From positions 324,012,001 to 324,076,000 of the forward strand of contig OZ024743.1 in assembly GCA_964016885.1 (NCBI GenBank): a DNA stretch of 64,000 nucleotides, read 5' to 3'. The stretch is from Eledone cirrhosa (Eukaryota). This document shows, piece after piece, positions 30,907 through 44,146 of this stretch (position 1 is its first letter; each line of letters opens with the position of its first letter). The position numbers and the translations under genes are program-made. Under the pieces are notes generated by a model. The model was given only the letters and a program-made list of their open reading frames with translations, was not told where the DNA came from and did not search any database.

Positions 30907-33900
30907 CTGTACTTGTTAGGCAAGTGATGTGAACTGAGACCATTGAAACCAAAACAATTATATCATAGAAGAGACATTTTAGCCACAGTTGTAGATGTCT
31001 TGCAAGTGACTTGATCTGAGATCGTGTTGAAACTAAAACAATTACATCATAGAAGAGACATTTTAGCCACAGTTGTAGATGTCTTGCAAGTGACTTGATC
31101 TGAGATCGTGTTGAAACTAAAACAATTACATCGTAGAAGTGTCATTTTAGCCACAGTTGTACTTGTTAGGCAAGTGACTTGATCTGAGATCGTGTTGAAA
31201 CTAAAACAATTACATCGTAGAAGAGTCATTTTAGCCACAGTTGTACTTGTTAGGCAAGTGACTTGATCTGAGATCGTGTTGAAACTAAAACAATTACAAC
31301 GTAGAAGAGTCATTTTAGCCACAGTTGTACTTGTTAGGCAAGTGACTTGATCTGAGATCGTGTTGAAACTAAAACAATTACATCGTAGAAGAGACATTTT
31401 AGCCACAGTTGTACTTGTTAGGCAAGTGACTTGATCTGAGATCGTGTTGAAACTAAAACAATTACATCGTAGAAGAGTCATTTTAGCCACAGTTGTACTT
31501 GTTAGGCAAGTGACTTGATCTGAGATCGTGTTGAAACTAAAACAATTACATCGTAGAAGAGTCATTTTAGCCACAGTTTGTACTTGTTAGGCAAGTGACT
31601 TGATCTGAGATCGTGTTGAAACTAAAACAATTACATCGTAGAAGAGACATTTTAGCCACAGTTGTACTTGTTAGGCAAGTGACTTGATCTGAGATCGTGT
31701 TGAAACTAAAACAATTACATCGTAGAAGAGTCATTTTAGCCACAGTTGTACTTGTTAGGCAAGTGACTTGATCTGAGATCGTGTTGAAACTAAAACAATT
31801 ACATCGTAGAAGAGTCATTTTAGCCACAGTTGTACTTGTTAGGCAAGTGACTTGATCTGAGATCGTGTTGAAACTAAAACAATTACATCGTAGAAGAGTC
31901 ATTTTAGCCACAGTTGTACTTGTTAGGCAAGTGACTTGATCTGAGATCGTGTTGAAACTAAAACAATTACATCGTAGAAGAGTCATTTTAGCCACAGTTG
32001 TACTTGTTAGGCAAGTGACTTGATCTGAGATCGTGTTGAAACTAAAACAATTACATCGTAGAAGAGTCATTTTAGCCACAGTTGTACTTGTTAGGCAAGT
32101 GACTTGATCTGAGATCGTGTTTGAAACTAAAACAATTACAACGTAGAAGAGTCATTTTAGCCACAGTTGTACTTGTTAGGCAAGTGACTTGATCTGAGAT
32201 CGTGTTGAAACTAAAACAATTACATCTGTAGAAGAGACATTTTAGCCACAGTTGTACTTGTTAGGCAAGTGACTTGATCTGAGATCGTGTTGAAACTAAA
32301 ACAATTACATCGTAGAAGAGTCATTTTAGCCACAGTTGTACTTGTTAGGCAAGTGACTTGATCTGAGATCGTGTTGAAACTAAAACAATTACATCGTAGA
32401 AGAGTCATTTTAGCCACAGTTGTACTTGTTAGGCAAGTGACTTGATCTGAGATCGTGTTGAAACTAAAACAATTACATCGTAGAAGAGTCATTTTAGCCA
32501 CAGTTGTACTTGTTAGGCAAGTGACTTGATCTGAGATCGTGTTGAAACTAAAACAATTACATCGTAGAAGAGTCATTTTAGCCACAGTTGTACTTGTTAG
32601 GCAAGTGACTTGATCTGAGATCGTGTTGAAACTAAAACAATTACATCGTAGAAGAGACATTTTAGCCACAGTTGTACTTGTTAGGCAAGTGACTTGATCT
32701 GAGATCGTGTTGAAACTAAAACAATTACATCGTAGAAGAGTCATTTTAGCCACAGTTGTACTTGTTAGGCAAGTGACTTGATCTGAGATCGTGTTGAAAC
32801 TAAAACAATTACATCGTAGAAGAGTCATTTTAGCCACAGTTGTACTTGTTAGGCAAGTGACTTGATCTGAGATCGTGTTGAAACTAAAACAATTACATCG
32901 TAGAAGAGTCATTTTAGCCACAGTTGTACTTGTTAGGCAAGTGACTTGATCTGAGATCGTGTTGAAACTAAAAACAATTACATCGTAGAAGAGTCATTTT
33001 AGCCACAGTTGTACTTGTTAGGCAAGTGACTTGATCTGAGATCGTGTTGAAACTAAAACAATTACATCGTAGAAGAGTCATTTTAGCCACAGTTGTACTT
33101 GTTAGGCAAGTGACTTGATCTGAGATCGTGTTGAAACTAAAACAATTACATCGTAGAAGAGTCATTTTAGCCACAGTTGTACTTGTTAGGCAAGTGACTT
33201 GATCTGAGATCGTGTTGAAACTAAAACAATTACATCGTAGAAGAGTCATTTTAGCCACAGTTGTACTTGTTAGGCAAGTGACTTGATCTGAGATCGTGTT
33301 GAAACTAAAACAATTACATCGTAGAAGAGTCATTTTAGCCACAGTTGTACTTGTTAGGCAAGTGACTTGATCTGAGATCGTGTTGAAACTAAAACAATTA
33401 CATCGTAGAAGAGACATTTTAGCCACAGTTGTACTTGTTAGACAAGTGACTTGATCTGAGATCGTGTTGAAACTAAAACAATTACATCGTAGAAGAGTCA
33501 TTTTAGCCACAGTTGTACTTGTTAGGCAAGTGACTTGATCTGAGATCGTGTTGAAACTAAAACAATTACATCGTAGAAGTGTCATTTTAGCCACAGTTGT
33601 ACTTGTTAGGCAAGTGACTTGATCTGAGATCGTGTTGAAACTAAAACAATTACATCGTAGAAGTGTCATTTTAGCCACAGTTGTACATCTGACAAGTGAC
33701 TTGATGTGAGACCATGTTGAAACTAAAACAATTACATCGTAGAAGTGTCATTTTAGCCACAGTTGTACTTGTTAGGCAAGTGACTTGATCTGAGATCGTG
33801 TTGAAACTAAAACAATTACATCGTAGAAGTGTCATTTTAGCCACAGTTGTACTTGTTAGGCAAGTGACTTGATCTGAGATCGTGTTGAAACTAAAACAAT

Positions 33901-34391
33901 TACATCGTAGAAGTGTCATTTTAGCCACAGTTGTACATCTGACAAGTGACTTGATGTGAGACCATGTTGAAACTAAAACAATTACATCGTAGAAGTGTCA
34001 TTTTAGCCACAGTTGTACTTGTTAGGCAAGTGACTTGATCTGAGATCGTGTTGAAACTAAAACAATTACATCGTAGAAGTGTCATTTTAGCCACAGTTGT
34101 ACTTGTTAGGCAAGTGACTTGATCTGAGATCGTGTTGAAACTAAAACAATTACATCGTAGAAGTGTCATTTTAGCCACAGTTGTACTTGTTAGGCAAGTG
34201 ACTTGATCTGAGATCGTGTTGAAACTAAAACAATTACATCGTAGAAGTGTCATTTTAGCCACAGTTGTACTTGTTAGGCAAGTGACTTGATCTGAGATCG
34301 TGTTGAAACTAAAACAATTACATCGTAGAAGTGTCATTTTAGCCACAGTTGTACATCTGACAAGTGACTTGATGTGAGACCATGTTGAAAC
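30907..34391. repeat. 84-bp tandem satellite, about 41 copies
   Basis: Unit gttgtacttgttaggcaagtgacttgatctgagatcgtgttgaaactaaaacaattacatcgtagaagagtcattttagccaca. Confidence 0.97.
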
Positions 34392-34638
34392 ATTGTAGAG
34401 AAGTTTTTAGCTATTAAAATATATATATATATGTATACAAAAAAACCCAGAATACATTGTATATTTATCATGTATTTCTTTGAATCAAATTTTCATCGTG
34501 GCCTGGTCACCGACATAATTCTACTGCAACAATGAGGAATGCATGATAAAAGTAAAGTGAACTTAGTTTTCTGGGGTGTGTGTGTGTGCGTGTGGGGGGG
34601 GGGGGGGTATGACTAAATTTGCATCTTCCACGATGTAA

Positions 34639-34872
34639 TTAACCATTTTGTACTAAACTGTCAGAAACTACCTCTAGTTTAACAATATAGATCTTTATAT
34701 TATTACACCTTCCGTCATTTTTTTTTTTTATGTAAACAAACTTTGTTAGGCTATTTTCCAAATAACCAGCAATTTATATTAATAAATCTCTCCATATTCT
34801 TGATTATTTTCAAACTTATTTGATAATCGTAGGCAGAGAATTTTATTAGAAATATAGTAAAGACAGGGTTAA
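34639..34872. mobile_element. Decayed TTAA-ended MITE
   Basis: ttaaccattttgtact ... atatagtaaagacagggttaa. Confidence 0.5.
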
Positions 34873-35394
34873 AAAAAGGCAGCTTTAATGAAGAGTGTGA
34901 AGACTGCAGACAGCTGGAGAAGGCAGTAAAAGATATCATTTCTGTCTATGACAATTATGTAGTACTATAGTAGAAGCAAAGAGAATGTTAGCTACATGAA
35001 GATTACAATTATGTATATAGATGTAATGTAAGTGTAGGACAGGTGTAGGTCTTGCTCCGCTACAAGTCTATCTATCTGTCGCTTATATTTATTTCTATGA
35101 CTGTGTGCATGATTATGTGGTTGGATACCAGTGTATACACATATATATATATATATATATCATTATCATCATCATCATTACATTAACTTTTCCACGTTGG
35201 TACAGGTTGGACAGGACCTTTTAAGGCAATGTTTTACAGGCTGATATCCTTCCTGACACCAATCTAGGGTGAACTTATTATAAATAGGCTAAACAAGATA
35301 TATATATATATATATATATATATAGTGTTTATAAATATGTATGTATTAATTAAAAGTTGTTATGATTGAGTTACTTCACCATAATTGCTTTATT

Positions 35395-35445
35395 GCATGA
35401 TATATATTTCTGTGACATGGTTATGCATGTGACTTCATCAGATGC
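35395..35445 (-). ncRNA. Type I hammerhead within a TA-flanked insert of about 300 bp (35325-35625)
   Basis: Reverse complement reads GCAU-CUGAUGA-A-GUCACAUG..CAUGUCAC-A-GAAAU-AUAU-AUC-AUGC. Confidence 0.7.
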
Positions 35446-35959
35446 TCATGCAATCATGGGGATATGTTGCTAGTCATGTATTACCATCATGTTGTGATGC
35501 CAGCAAGCATCCTAATCATCAGCTTTTAGCTGAAATAAACTACTGACGCGAAGTGCTTTTGGATCGCTTGACCCGGCTTATCCTTGTGATGTTACAGCAT
35601 AATATTCACGTATAAGCACCCTCTCATATATATATAGTGTTAATGCCACCATAAAATACACCTAGTACATTCTGTAAAGTGGTTTGTGTTAAGAAGCTGT
35701 AGAAAACCATGCCAAAAATGAACAGACATTGCAAGATAAGGTTTTCCAGCCTGTGCCGTCTTGGGCATTTGATGATATGTCTATTTCATACTAGCATGGA
35801 AAACAGACATAAAATTATGACAATGTGTGTCCTTGAGTATATATGTATGTATACGTATGTAGAAAGTAAACAAATAACAAAGCAAACGATAGTACATCGA
35901 AGAAATATATTAGTTTAACGCTTGAAATAACAGGAAAAGAGTCTTAACATTTCAGACAT

Positions 35960-36100
<141 letters not shown>

Positions 36101-36487
36101 ATCATCATCACCGTTTTACGTGTTCTTCCATGCTAGCATGGGTTAGACAGGTTGTCCTGTTGTGAGCAGTGTCCGGTCGGCTGACCATGTCTTGCTCATA
36201 CGGGAACTGATTCTGGCTTGATTTCTACAGCTGGATGCCCTTTCTAACACCAACCTCATTTACAGTGAGTGCTGGGTGCTTTTTTTCCATGGCACCTACA
36301 CGTCCACTTTACAGTGGAATGATAGGGACCCCAGTCTCTATCATCTCATTTCTACAGCTGAGTATACTGGAGCAATGTGAAATAAAGTGTCTTGCTCAAG
36401 GAAACAACACATCACCCTGTCCGAGAATTGAATTCACAACCTTTCGATTGCAAGCCTAATGCTCTAACCACTAAGCCATGTGCCTTC
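36101..36487 (-). mobile_element. tRNA-derived SINE with RTE 3' end
   Basis: Same head and core as 29822-30160; the tail matches RTE UTR 24340-24530. Confidence 0.88.
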
Positions 36488-36526
36488 ACTATATTAAATT
36501 TGATATATATACATACACATATGTAT

Positions 36527-36604
<78 letters not shown>

Positions 36605-36844
36605 TATGTGTGTAAGTGTGTGTGTGTGTGTGTGTGTGTGCATGTTTGTAGTAATTATATAAATGATTGATCACTGTGTTGCATGAATGATATTATATGA
36701 TCCAGGCTATATATTATACACTTCATTCTATCATGTTACATTATATAGCATACCTTACTGTGTATATCACATATATATATATATATCCCCACTGGATTAT
36801 ATAGCACCTCACACCCACGACAGCACGGATGACACATGCTGAAG

Positions 36845-37195
36845 TCATCATCATCTTCATCACCACGATGATGATGATGATGATAATGTTGTTGTTGGTG
36901 ATGATGGCAGTAGTGATATAGTGAAAGTGATGGTAGCAATGATGATGATAGTGTTGTTGATGATGACTGTATTAGTTGTAGCAATGGTGATGGTAGTGTT
37001 GTTGTCTTGATGTTGATGATGGCAGTGGTGGTGGTTGCGGTGGTGATGGTAGTGTTGATGACAATGATGTTGGTGATGGTGCAAGTGTTGGTTGGTTGAT
37101 AATGATGATGGTGGTGGAGACAATAAAGAAAAAAGAAGAGGAAAAGTAGAAGAAAAAACGATGATGATGATGATGACAATGATGATAATGGTGAT
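36845..37195. repeat. Degenerate (GAT/GGT/GTT)n trinucleotide repeat
   Basis: Read directly from the sequence. Confidence 0.9.
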
Positions 37196-37726
37196 ATGTA
37201 TGTGTGCCTTCCACACAATTTCCATCAACCAGATTCACTGACAAAGCATTTGTCACCCAGAGCTTACTGTAGAAGGCTCAGTGTGTCATGTAGTGGAATA
37301 AAACCTCTTAACCACATAACCATAACTTCACTTCATATAACAGAAACAACAACAACAATAGTTACTCTTGCGGGTGCTCCTTTTGGGGCAGTGTTTTACA
37401 GCTGAATGCCCTTCCTGGCACCAAGCTGCTTAGTCACCACTTACAACACACAGGGATACGGTCTACCTATACTAACCAGGTACACAAGTGTGGGAAAGAA
37501 ATGATAAATATAAAATAAATTCTGAATGCTTTGAAGTCAATAAAATTTGAATTGATTTTAACTGGTAACAATATTTGATTCTGTTTATTGCTGGTCTGTT
37601 AACTCTCCCTAGTCCACTATGGTTTAAAACCTCTGGCTTTTAGACTAACACATTTTGGCACATATCAAAAACGTAATCTATAAAGAATAATGAAGTTCAC
37701 CCCAAAGGGAAATCTATAAATTTAGA

Positions 37727-38290
37727 GTTGTACTTATTTGGCAAATAACTTGATCTGGGAGTCAGTGTTGAATTTAAAGCAATTACATCATAGAAGAGTT
37801 GGTTTAACCATTCAAATGATTCTTGCTAGTTTTTGTGTCACTGTATAGTGATAAACAAACAAACTGAGACAAGGAATTGACAATCGCTCTAATGTTGTTG
37901 CCACGATGAAATGGTACTTGATGTTAATGAAGGTTTGGTGAACTTGAAAATTCCTGTCCTCAAACCTTTTAGATGTGTCCATCATACAGCTTCTTACACC
38001 ATAGCTACCAGACAAAAGAAGACTTGCCATGATTCCCTTCCAAAGGAGAGTGGCAGTTTGATTTTCATTATAAACTCAGCAAATAGCCAGATATATCCTA
38101 CAGGTGGTAATAGCTGTTTAATACAAGTCTGCAAATATGCAATGCACGGGTACAGGACAATAGCATTTAGGATGGTTTCCTCATCCTATGTGTCTCAGTC
38201 AAGTTCAATTATTGGTATTTCTGTATCTGTAGAGATTATCTAGAATTGGTCATGCTCCCCTGTAACACTGCCATGCTAAAGATTTTTTAA
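37727..38290 (-). mobile_element. Decayed L1/Tx1-like LINE ORF2 C-terminus and start of the 3'UTR
   Basis: Manual translation EETILNAIVLYPCI..KQLLPPVGYIWLFAEFIMKIKLPLSF..FCLVAMV*EAV*WTHLKGLRT aligns with the 57367-57666 peptide; clade assignment is an inference. Confidence 0.6.
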
Positions 38291-39179
38291 AAATTGTTGA
38301 TAATCTCTGACTTCAAGAAACGTTCGCTCAGACTGTGGTCATCAAAGATGAGGACTGTTCCAAGGCTATCATTGCTCATAAATATTGTTTTCTGGCCACT
38401 GACCACAGTGTTCAGCTCGTAAAGTACTGTGAGAGCCCAGTAGAACAATAATGATGGATATATTGAATGAAACCTCATGCAGTATCATTGCTGGCTGGCT
38501 GGTTGGTTGGTTGGGTGACTGGCTGGTTGGGTGGTGGTGGGTTATGGTTGGGGTAGTGGTAAGGGTGACAATAATGATGATGATGATGATGATGATAGCA
38601 ATGATGACACTACCAATGACAACAACAATAATAAAGCATTATGTAATAAATAAAAATGAAGTAAAAAGATGAGATGAGACTGGAAGGAAGGGTAAAGTGG
38701 AATGAAGGGTGGTAAGGAAGAGAGAGAAAAAGCAAAGAATAAGAAGAAAGAGGTCTAGATAGAAGGAAAAAAGAGGAAAGTAAAAACTAAAAGTAAAAGT
38801 TGACATGAGTAGAGCCTGGTGGGGAAGGAGGTTGTGTGGAGTTAATTACAACAGTTGTTGGTATTTTAAGGTGTTTAACTTTGGAGACAGAACAGGAAGA
38901 ACAATGGCCTGGTTTAATTTGGGACTTACTAACTGGGGGAATATATAATTGGGGAGAGAGAGAGGAGGTAGATAGGAAGAGAGAAGGGAGACAGAGGGGA
39001 GGGGGATAGAGAAGGAGGGAAGAGAGAGAGATGGATAGAAAGAGATAAGTATGAAGCTTGCCATGGAACTTACAAAGCAGAGGAAATGGTTTTAACCCTT
39101 TTGATTCCAAGCCACCCGAAACAACACTTGATTCTATGATAAAAAAAACTGTTTATTTTAAAGTGTTTATATTTATCTA

Positions 39180-39958
39180 AAAACCTTCCATCATAATTTT
39201 ATGTAAGAACCTTTGTTAAGTTATGTTCCAAACACCAACTGAATAATGAGAAAGTTAGTTATATTAGTAAATCCCTACAAATTCTTTTCAAAATTATTTG
39301 AAAATCAGAGGCACAGACTTTCATTAGAAATATAGTAACAAAAAGGTTATTTATATAAAAACCTTCCATCATAATTTTATGTAAGAACCTTTGTTAAGTT
39401 ATGTTCCAAACACCAACTGAATAATGAGAAAGTTAGTTATATTAGTAAATCCCTACAAATTCTTTTCAAAATTATTTGAAAATCAGAGGCACAGACTTTC
39501 CTTAGAAATATAGTAACAAAAAGGTTATTTATATAAAAACCTTCCATCATAATTTTATGTAAGAACCTTTGTTAAGTTATGTTCCAAACACCAACTGAAT
39601 AATGAGAAAGTTAGTTATATTAGTAAATCCCTACAAATTCTTTTCAAAATTATTTGAAAATCAGAGGCACAGACTTTCCTTAGAAATATAGTAACAAAAA
39701 GGTTATTTATATAAAAACCTTCCATCATAATTTTATGTAAGAACCTTTGTTAAGTTATGTTCCAAACACCAACTGAATAATGAGAAAGTTAGTTATATTA
39801 GTAAATCCCTACAAATTCTTGATTATTTTCAAAATTATTTGAAAATCAGAGGCACAGACTTTCATTAGAAATATAGTAACAAAAAGGTTATTTATATAAA
39901 AACCTTCCATCATAATTTTGTGTAACCACCTTTGTTAAGTTATGTTCCAAATATCACC
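39180..39958. repeat. 178-bp tandem repeat, about 4.3 copies
   Basis: ccttccatc recurs at 39184, 39362, 39540, 39718 and 39903. Confidence 0.95.
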
Positions 39959-39962
39959 TTAA

Positions 39963-42080
39963 CCCTTTAGCATTTACATTACTCTTTATATATGCTACAA
40001 TCTAATAGAATATTAGTCTACGACTATTTGTACAAAATATAATTTAGAGATATATCAGATGAAAGAATGGTATTTAACTAATGTATTGGTATGCGATGGG
40101 GGCCCACACACAGCCCCGGCAGACAGAATGGAGAAGGCGTTTCCCCAGAGGACGGCAAGGGAGATGCGCTGGAAAAGCCACTCCAACTCGCGGGACTCAC
40201 ACCTGCGGCTGGCCAGCTCAGCACGTGAGCCTGTCTGAGGCCAGGCTGCACTGGATGGCATCCCAAGTGAGTTGGGGGGGGGGGGACTTGACAACAACAG
40301 GGAGAGAAGGAGGAGGGACGTCTACTGGGCTAAGTCCCAGCCGGTCCCACGTCTCACAGGCAGCCTCACGTTCTCTGAACACAGAGGGTTCTGTTGTGTT
40401 TTGAAGAACCCTGCTGACGAGGACGCGGCACGAAGTTACCGACGAAAGATACGCCGGCAAAGCTAGTGAGATCGGGGAGCGGAGGCCAAGGCCACCATAC
40501 CTGACAGGTAAAGTGGCCTGTTGCCACCCTATGTCGTCAAACTTGACGTTGCATATCCCCTCGGCTGCTGCTCGGATACAAGTATTGAGGTCAGCGAGGA
40601 GAGATGTCTAGGTGTAGCATGGAGCACTGCGGAGTGTATAGAGGAGCTTCGGCATGACAATGCAGTTCCTCAGCAGAAAGAGAGCTGGGTGGCCGTCAAT
40701 CAAGCCCAGTCGGCTCGTGAGAGTCTGGAGCTGTTGAAGCCTGGACCTGATGGTGGAGCGGATGACCGGCGGGTGGTTCGGTGACCCGAAGATGAGGACA
40801 TCATCTTTGGGGGTCACCTGAACCTGGCGGAGAATGGACCGCACATCCATGACGGAGGCTACAAAGCTCGCAGCATCGAGGCTGACGTTCACCACCTCCA
40901 ACTTGGCCGAATTGACCTGGAGGCCGATTCCCGCCAGGGCAGGAATCACCGATTAAAGGTCATGGCAGATCGTCCGTACGGGCCCGCCCAACGTAGCATC
41001 ATCCAGATACCAAACGTTGAGAGTGGCCGTGATACTCCGGGCGATGTGGTCAATACCAAGGGCGAACAGGAGGGGTCCCAAAGGGACGCCCTGTTGGACC
41101 CCAGTAGCCGAGGGTATGACTGTATCAGCATCTAGGAGCATGCTCGGGGCTCCATATGACAGGTAGGCCAGCGGATAGGCAGAGGGGGCTTGGCTGAGGG
41201 GGGCCTCGAGCAGATGATCCCAGCGTAAAGAGTTAAAGGCATTCCTCATGTCAAGCTTGACAATGAGGTGCCTGGAGTCCCTGGATGCCAGTACTGATGG
41301 GCAGCTGCTGAAAAACTGCCTGATTGCATAAGCGGCTCCCTCACAGCCACTGGACACGCCGACACCCAGTTGCTCCGGACTAAACTCCTCATCCAGTTCG
41401 TGTGTGATGGACTTGCAGATCACCTTGGCAGCAGCCTCCGGAAGACATTGCCCACAGCAATGGGGCATATGCCACCCTTTCTTCCTGAGAGCGGTGAGGC
41501 TGGCCGAAAAAAAAAGGCCTCGGGCGTAAGGGTCGAGGGCACCATGAATGAGCCTATTGGTGAGCGCCACAATTGCACTCAGAAAGCGGCGCCCGGTCTC
41601 AGTAGAGAGGGGGGATGCCAAATCCTTGAGGTGGCCTGGTCGGAGACCATCAACACCTCCGCAACTGCTAGCTGGGAAGGACCTGATGGCGGACATGATA
41701 TCTGCATCAGTAGCCACAAGGAGCAAGTGGGGGTCGGGTGGGGGTATGGGTCCGAGATCAGTGGGTGGCTCAGGGTGTTTGAGCCGCAGAGCAGCCAGGA
41801 ACTCCTTGGTGGGTTGGAGGACAGTGTCCTCTGAGGCAACAACTCTGACTGCGGCCGAGACATCACCCATGGTAAGCTTTGCATTTACCTGGTCACACAA
41901 ACGCTTGGCGCTGGCCTCGGGGGTGGAGGATAGGGGGGTACCTGAGGGTGGGGTGTGTGGCGTCCCTGGGCACGCTTGGAATGGGCGCTCGCCCAAATGA
42001 CGAGACATTGGCCTTCCAGTTTGAACAGAAAGAGGTGAGAGAATTCTGGCTGGATACGGCCGGTTTAAAATGCTAAAGGG
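39963..42080. mobile_element. Nested piggyBac-type MITE with TTAA target-site duplication
   Basis: 13-bp TIR CCCTTTAGCATTT / AAATGCTAAAGGG; TTAA at 39959-39962 and 42081-42084; the host unit resumes after 42084. Confidence 0.85.
40030..42020 (-). mobile_element. CRE-clade-like non-LTR retrotransposon fragment (RT; RLE region largely deleted)
   Basis: LDMRNAFNS, GVQQGVPLGPLLF, WYLDDATLGG, LPVRYGGLG and the C-terminal FQRISLAVLWGNA; GC-rich; frameshifted. Confidence 0.85.
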
Positions 42081-42844
42081 TTAATAATGAGAAAGTTAGT
42101 TTTATTACTAAATCCCTCCAAATTGTTATTTTCAAAATTATTTAACAAGCATAGACAGCATCTTCCATTAAAAATATGGTAAGGAAAGGGTTAAAACACT
42201 TCTGTGTTATGATAAATATAGTTACATATCCCTGGTAAAACATGGAGGAAATGGGGAGAGGGATATTTTTAAAATATAGAAATAAAACATTGACATACTA
42301 CAGAAGGAAAAAAAAAGATGTATATAGAACATAGTGTGTGTGTGTAGTTGTGAGTTTGTGTCTCCATTTGTTTATGCATGCATGTGTATTATATGTGTGT
42401 GTGTGTAGTTGTGTTTTTGCCTGTATGTGTACATATGTGTACATGTACCTTTGCATGTATGTTTACATGTGTTTTGTACATGTGTGCATGTTAGTGTGCA
42501 TGCATGTGTGTGTATGCTCGAGGAAGAAGGAGAGGAGAATGCCTGTGGTGTAGTAGAAGTTTTATTTTTTAGTGGGGGGGTTAGAGTAAAAGAGCAGCAC
42601 ACATACATACACATATATATATATATACATACATACATATATATATATATATGCATACACATATAGTGCAATTTATCTAATTCCAGTGAAATTATATAAA
42701 AGAGGTGAATTTTTTCCCATCAGTTGGTTGAGAATAAATAAGATGAAGGTTGGCAATGGAGTGGAAATAATCACCTCAAATAGTCCTGTGGTAATGGTGA
42801 GAACACATGACATGGCACCACTGGCAGAACACCATTTACTGAGG

Positions 42845-43510
42845 GACAGAGAGGGGGAGGGGGGCAGTTATAGAGAGAGAGAGGGGGCAGTTATAGAGAG
42901 GGGGGGGGGGGCAGTTATAGAGAGAGAGGGGGGGGGGCAGTTATAGAGAGAGAGGGGGGCAGTTATAGAGAGAGAGAGAGGGGCAGTTATAGAGAGAGAG
43001 AGGGGCAGTTATAGAGAGAGGGGGCAGTTATAGAGAGAGAGGGGGCAGTTATAGAGATAGAGGGGGGCAGTTATAGAGATAGAGGGGGGCAGTTATAGAG
43101 ATAGAGGGGGGCAGTTATAGAGAGAGAGACATTTACTGACAGAGAGAGAGGGGGCAGTTATAGAGAGAGAGAGACATTTACTGACAGAGAGAGAGGGGGC
43201 AGTTATAGAGAGATAGATAGAGACATTTACTGACAGAGAGAGAGAGGGGGGGGGCAGTTATAGAGAGAGAGAGAGAGAGACATTTACTGACAGAGAGAGA
43301 GGGGGCAGTTATAGAGAGAGAGAGACATTTACTGACAGAGAGAGAGGGGGAAGTTATAGAGAGATAGATAGAGACATTTACTGACAGAGAGAGACATTTA
43401 CTGACAGAGAGAGAGGGGGCAGTTATATAGAGAGAGAGGGGCAAGTTATAGAGAGATAGAAACATTTACTGACAGAGAAAGAAAGAGAGAGAGGACATTT
43501 ATAGAGAGAT
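42845..43510. repeat. Purine-rich compound minisatellite (GGGGCAGTTATA(GA)n / GACATTTACTGACA)
   Basis: Read directly from the sequence. Confidence 0.92.
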
Positions 43511-43689
43511 CAATAGAGGTATTTGCTGAGACTGAGAAAGAGGGGAAGTGGGGGGAGGGAGGCAAGAGAGAAAAAATATGAACACTTATAGAGAGAGATT
43601 GATATATATATATCATTGTTTAACATCCACTTTCCCTCTACCCATACTAGCATGGAAAATGAACGTTAAATGATGATGATGGTGATATA

Positions 43690-43735
<46 letters not shown>

Positions 43736-43789
43736 TACCCATGCTAGCGTGGAAGATGGACGTTTAACGATGATGATATAATATATATT

Positions 43790-44123
43790 TCATCATCATC
43801 ATTTTACGTCCGCTTTTCCCTTCTTGCAAGGGTGGGACGGGAACTGATACTGGCTTGATTTCTACAGCTGGATGCCCTTCCTAACACCAACCTCATTTAC
43901 AGTGAGTGCTGGGTGCTTTTTTCCCGTGGCACCTCCACGACCACTTTGCAGTGGAATGATAGGGACCCCAGTCCCTATCATCTCATTTCTACAGCTGAGT
44001 AAACTGGAACAATGTGAAATAAAGTTTCTTGCTCAAGGAAACAACACATCACCCAGTCCGAGAATTGAACTCACAACCTTTCGATTGCAAGGCCAATGCT
44101 CTAACTACTAAGCCATATGCTTC
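43790..44123 (-). mobile_element. tRNA-derived SINE with RTE 3' end
   Basis: Near-identical to 29822-30160. Confidence 0.88.
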
Positions 44124-44146
44124 CATATATATATATATTTATATAT

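Larger units (their letters stand above)
39096..42190. mobile_element. piggyBac-type (TTAA) non-autonomous element containing a 178-bp tandem amplification and nested insertions
   Basis: TTAA-CCCTTT at 39092-39101 and AAAGGG-TTAA at 42185-42194; imperfect TIRs. Confidence 0.7.

Noticed and set aside
30907-34391. C2H2 zinc-finger array (84-bp period)
   Set aside because: No CxxC..HxxxH or TGEKP in any frame; the frame containing His residues has several stops per unit
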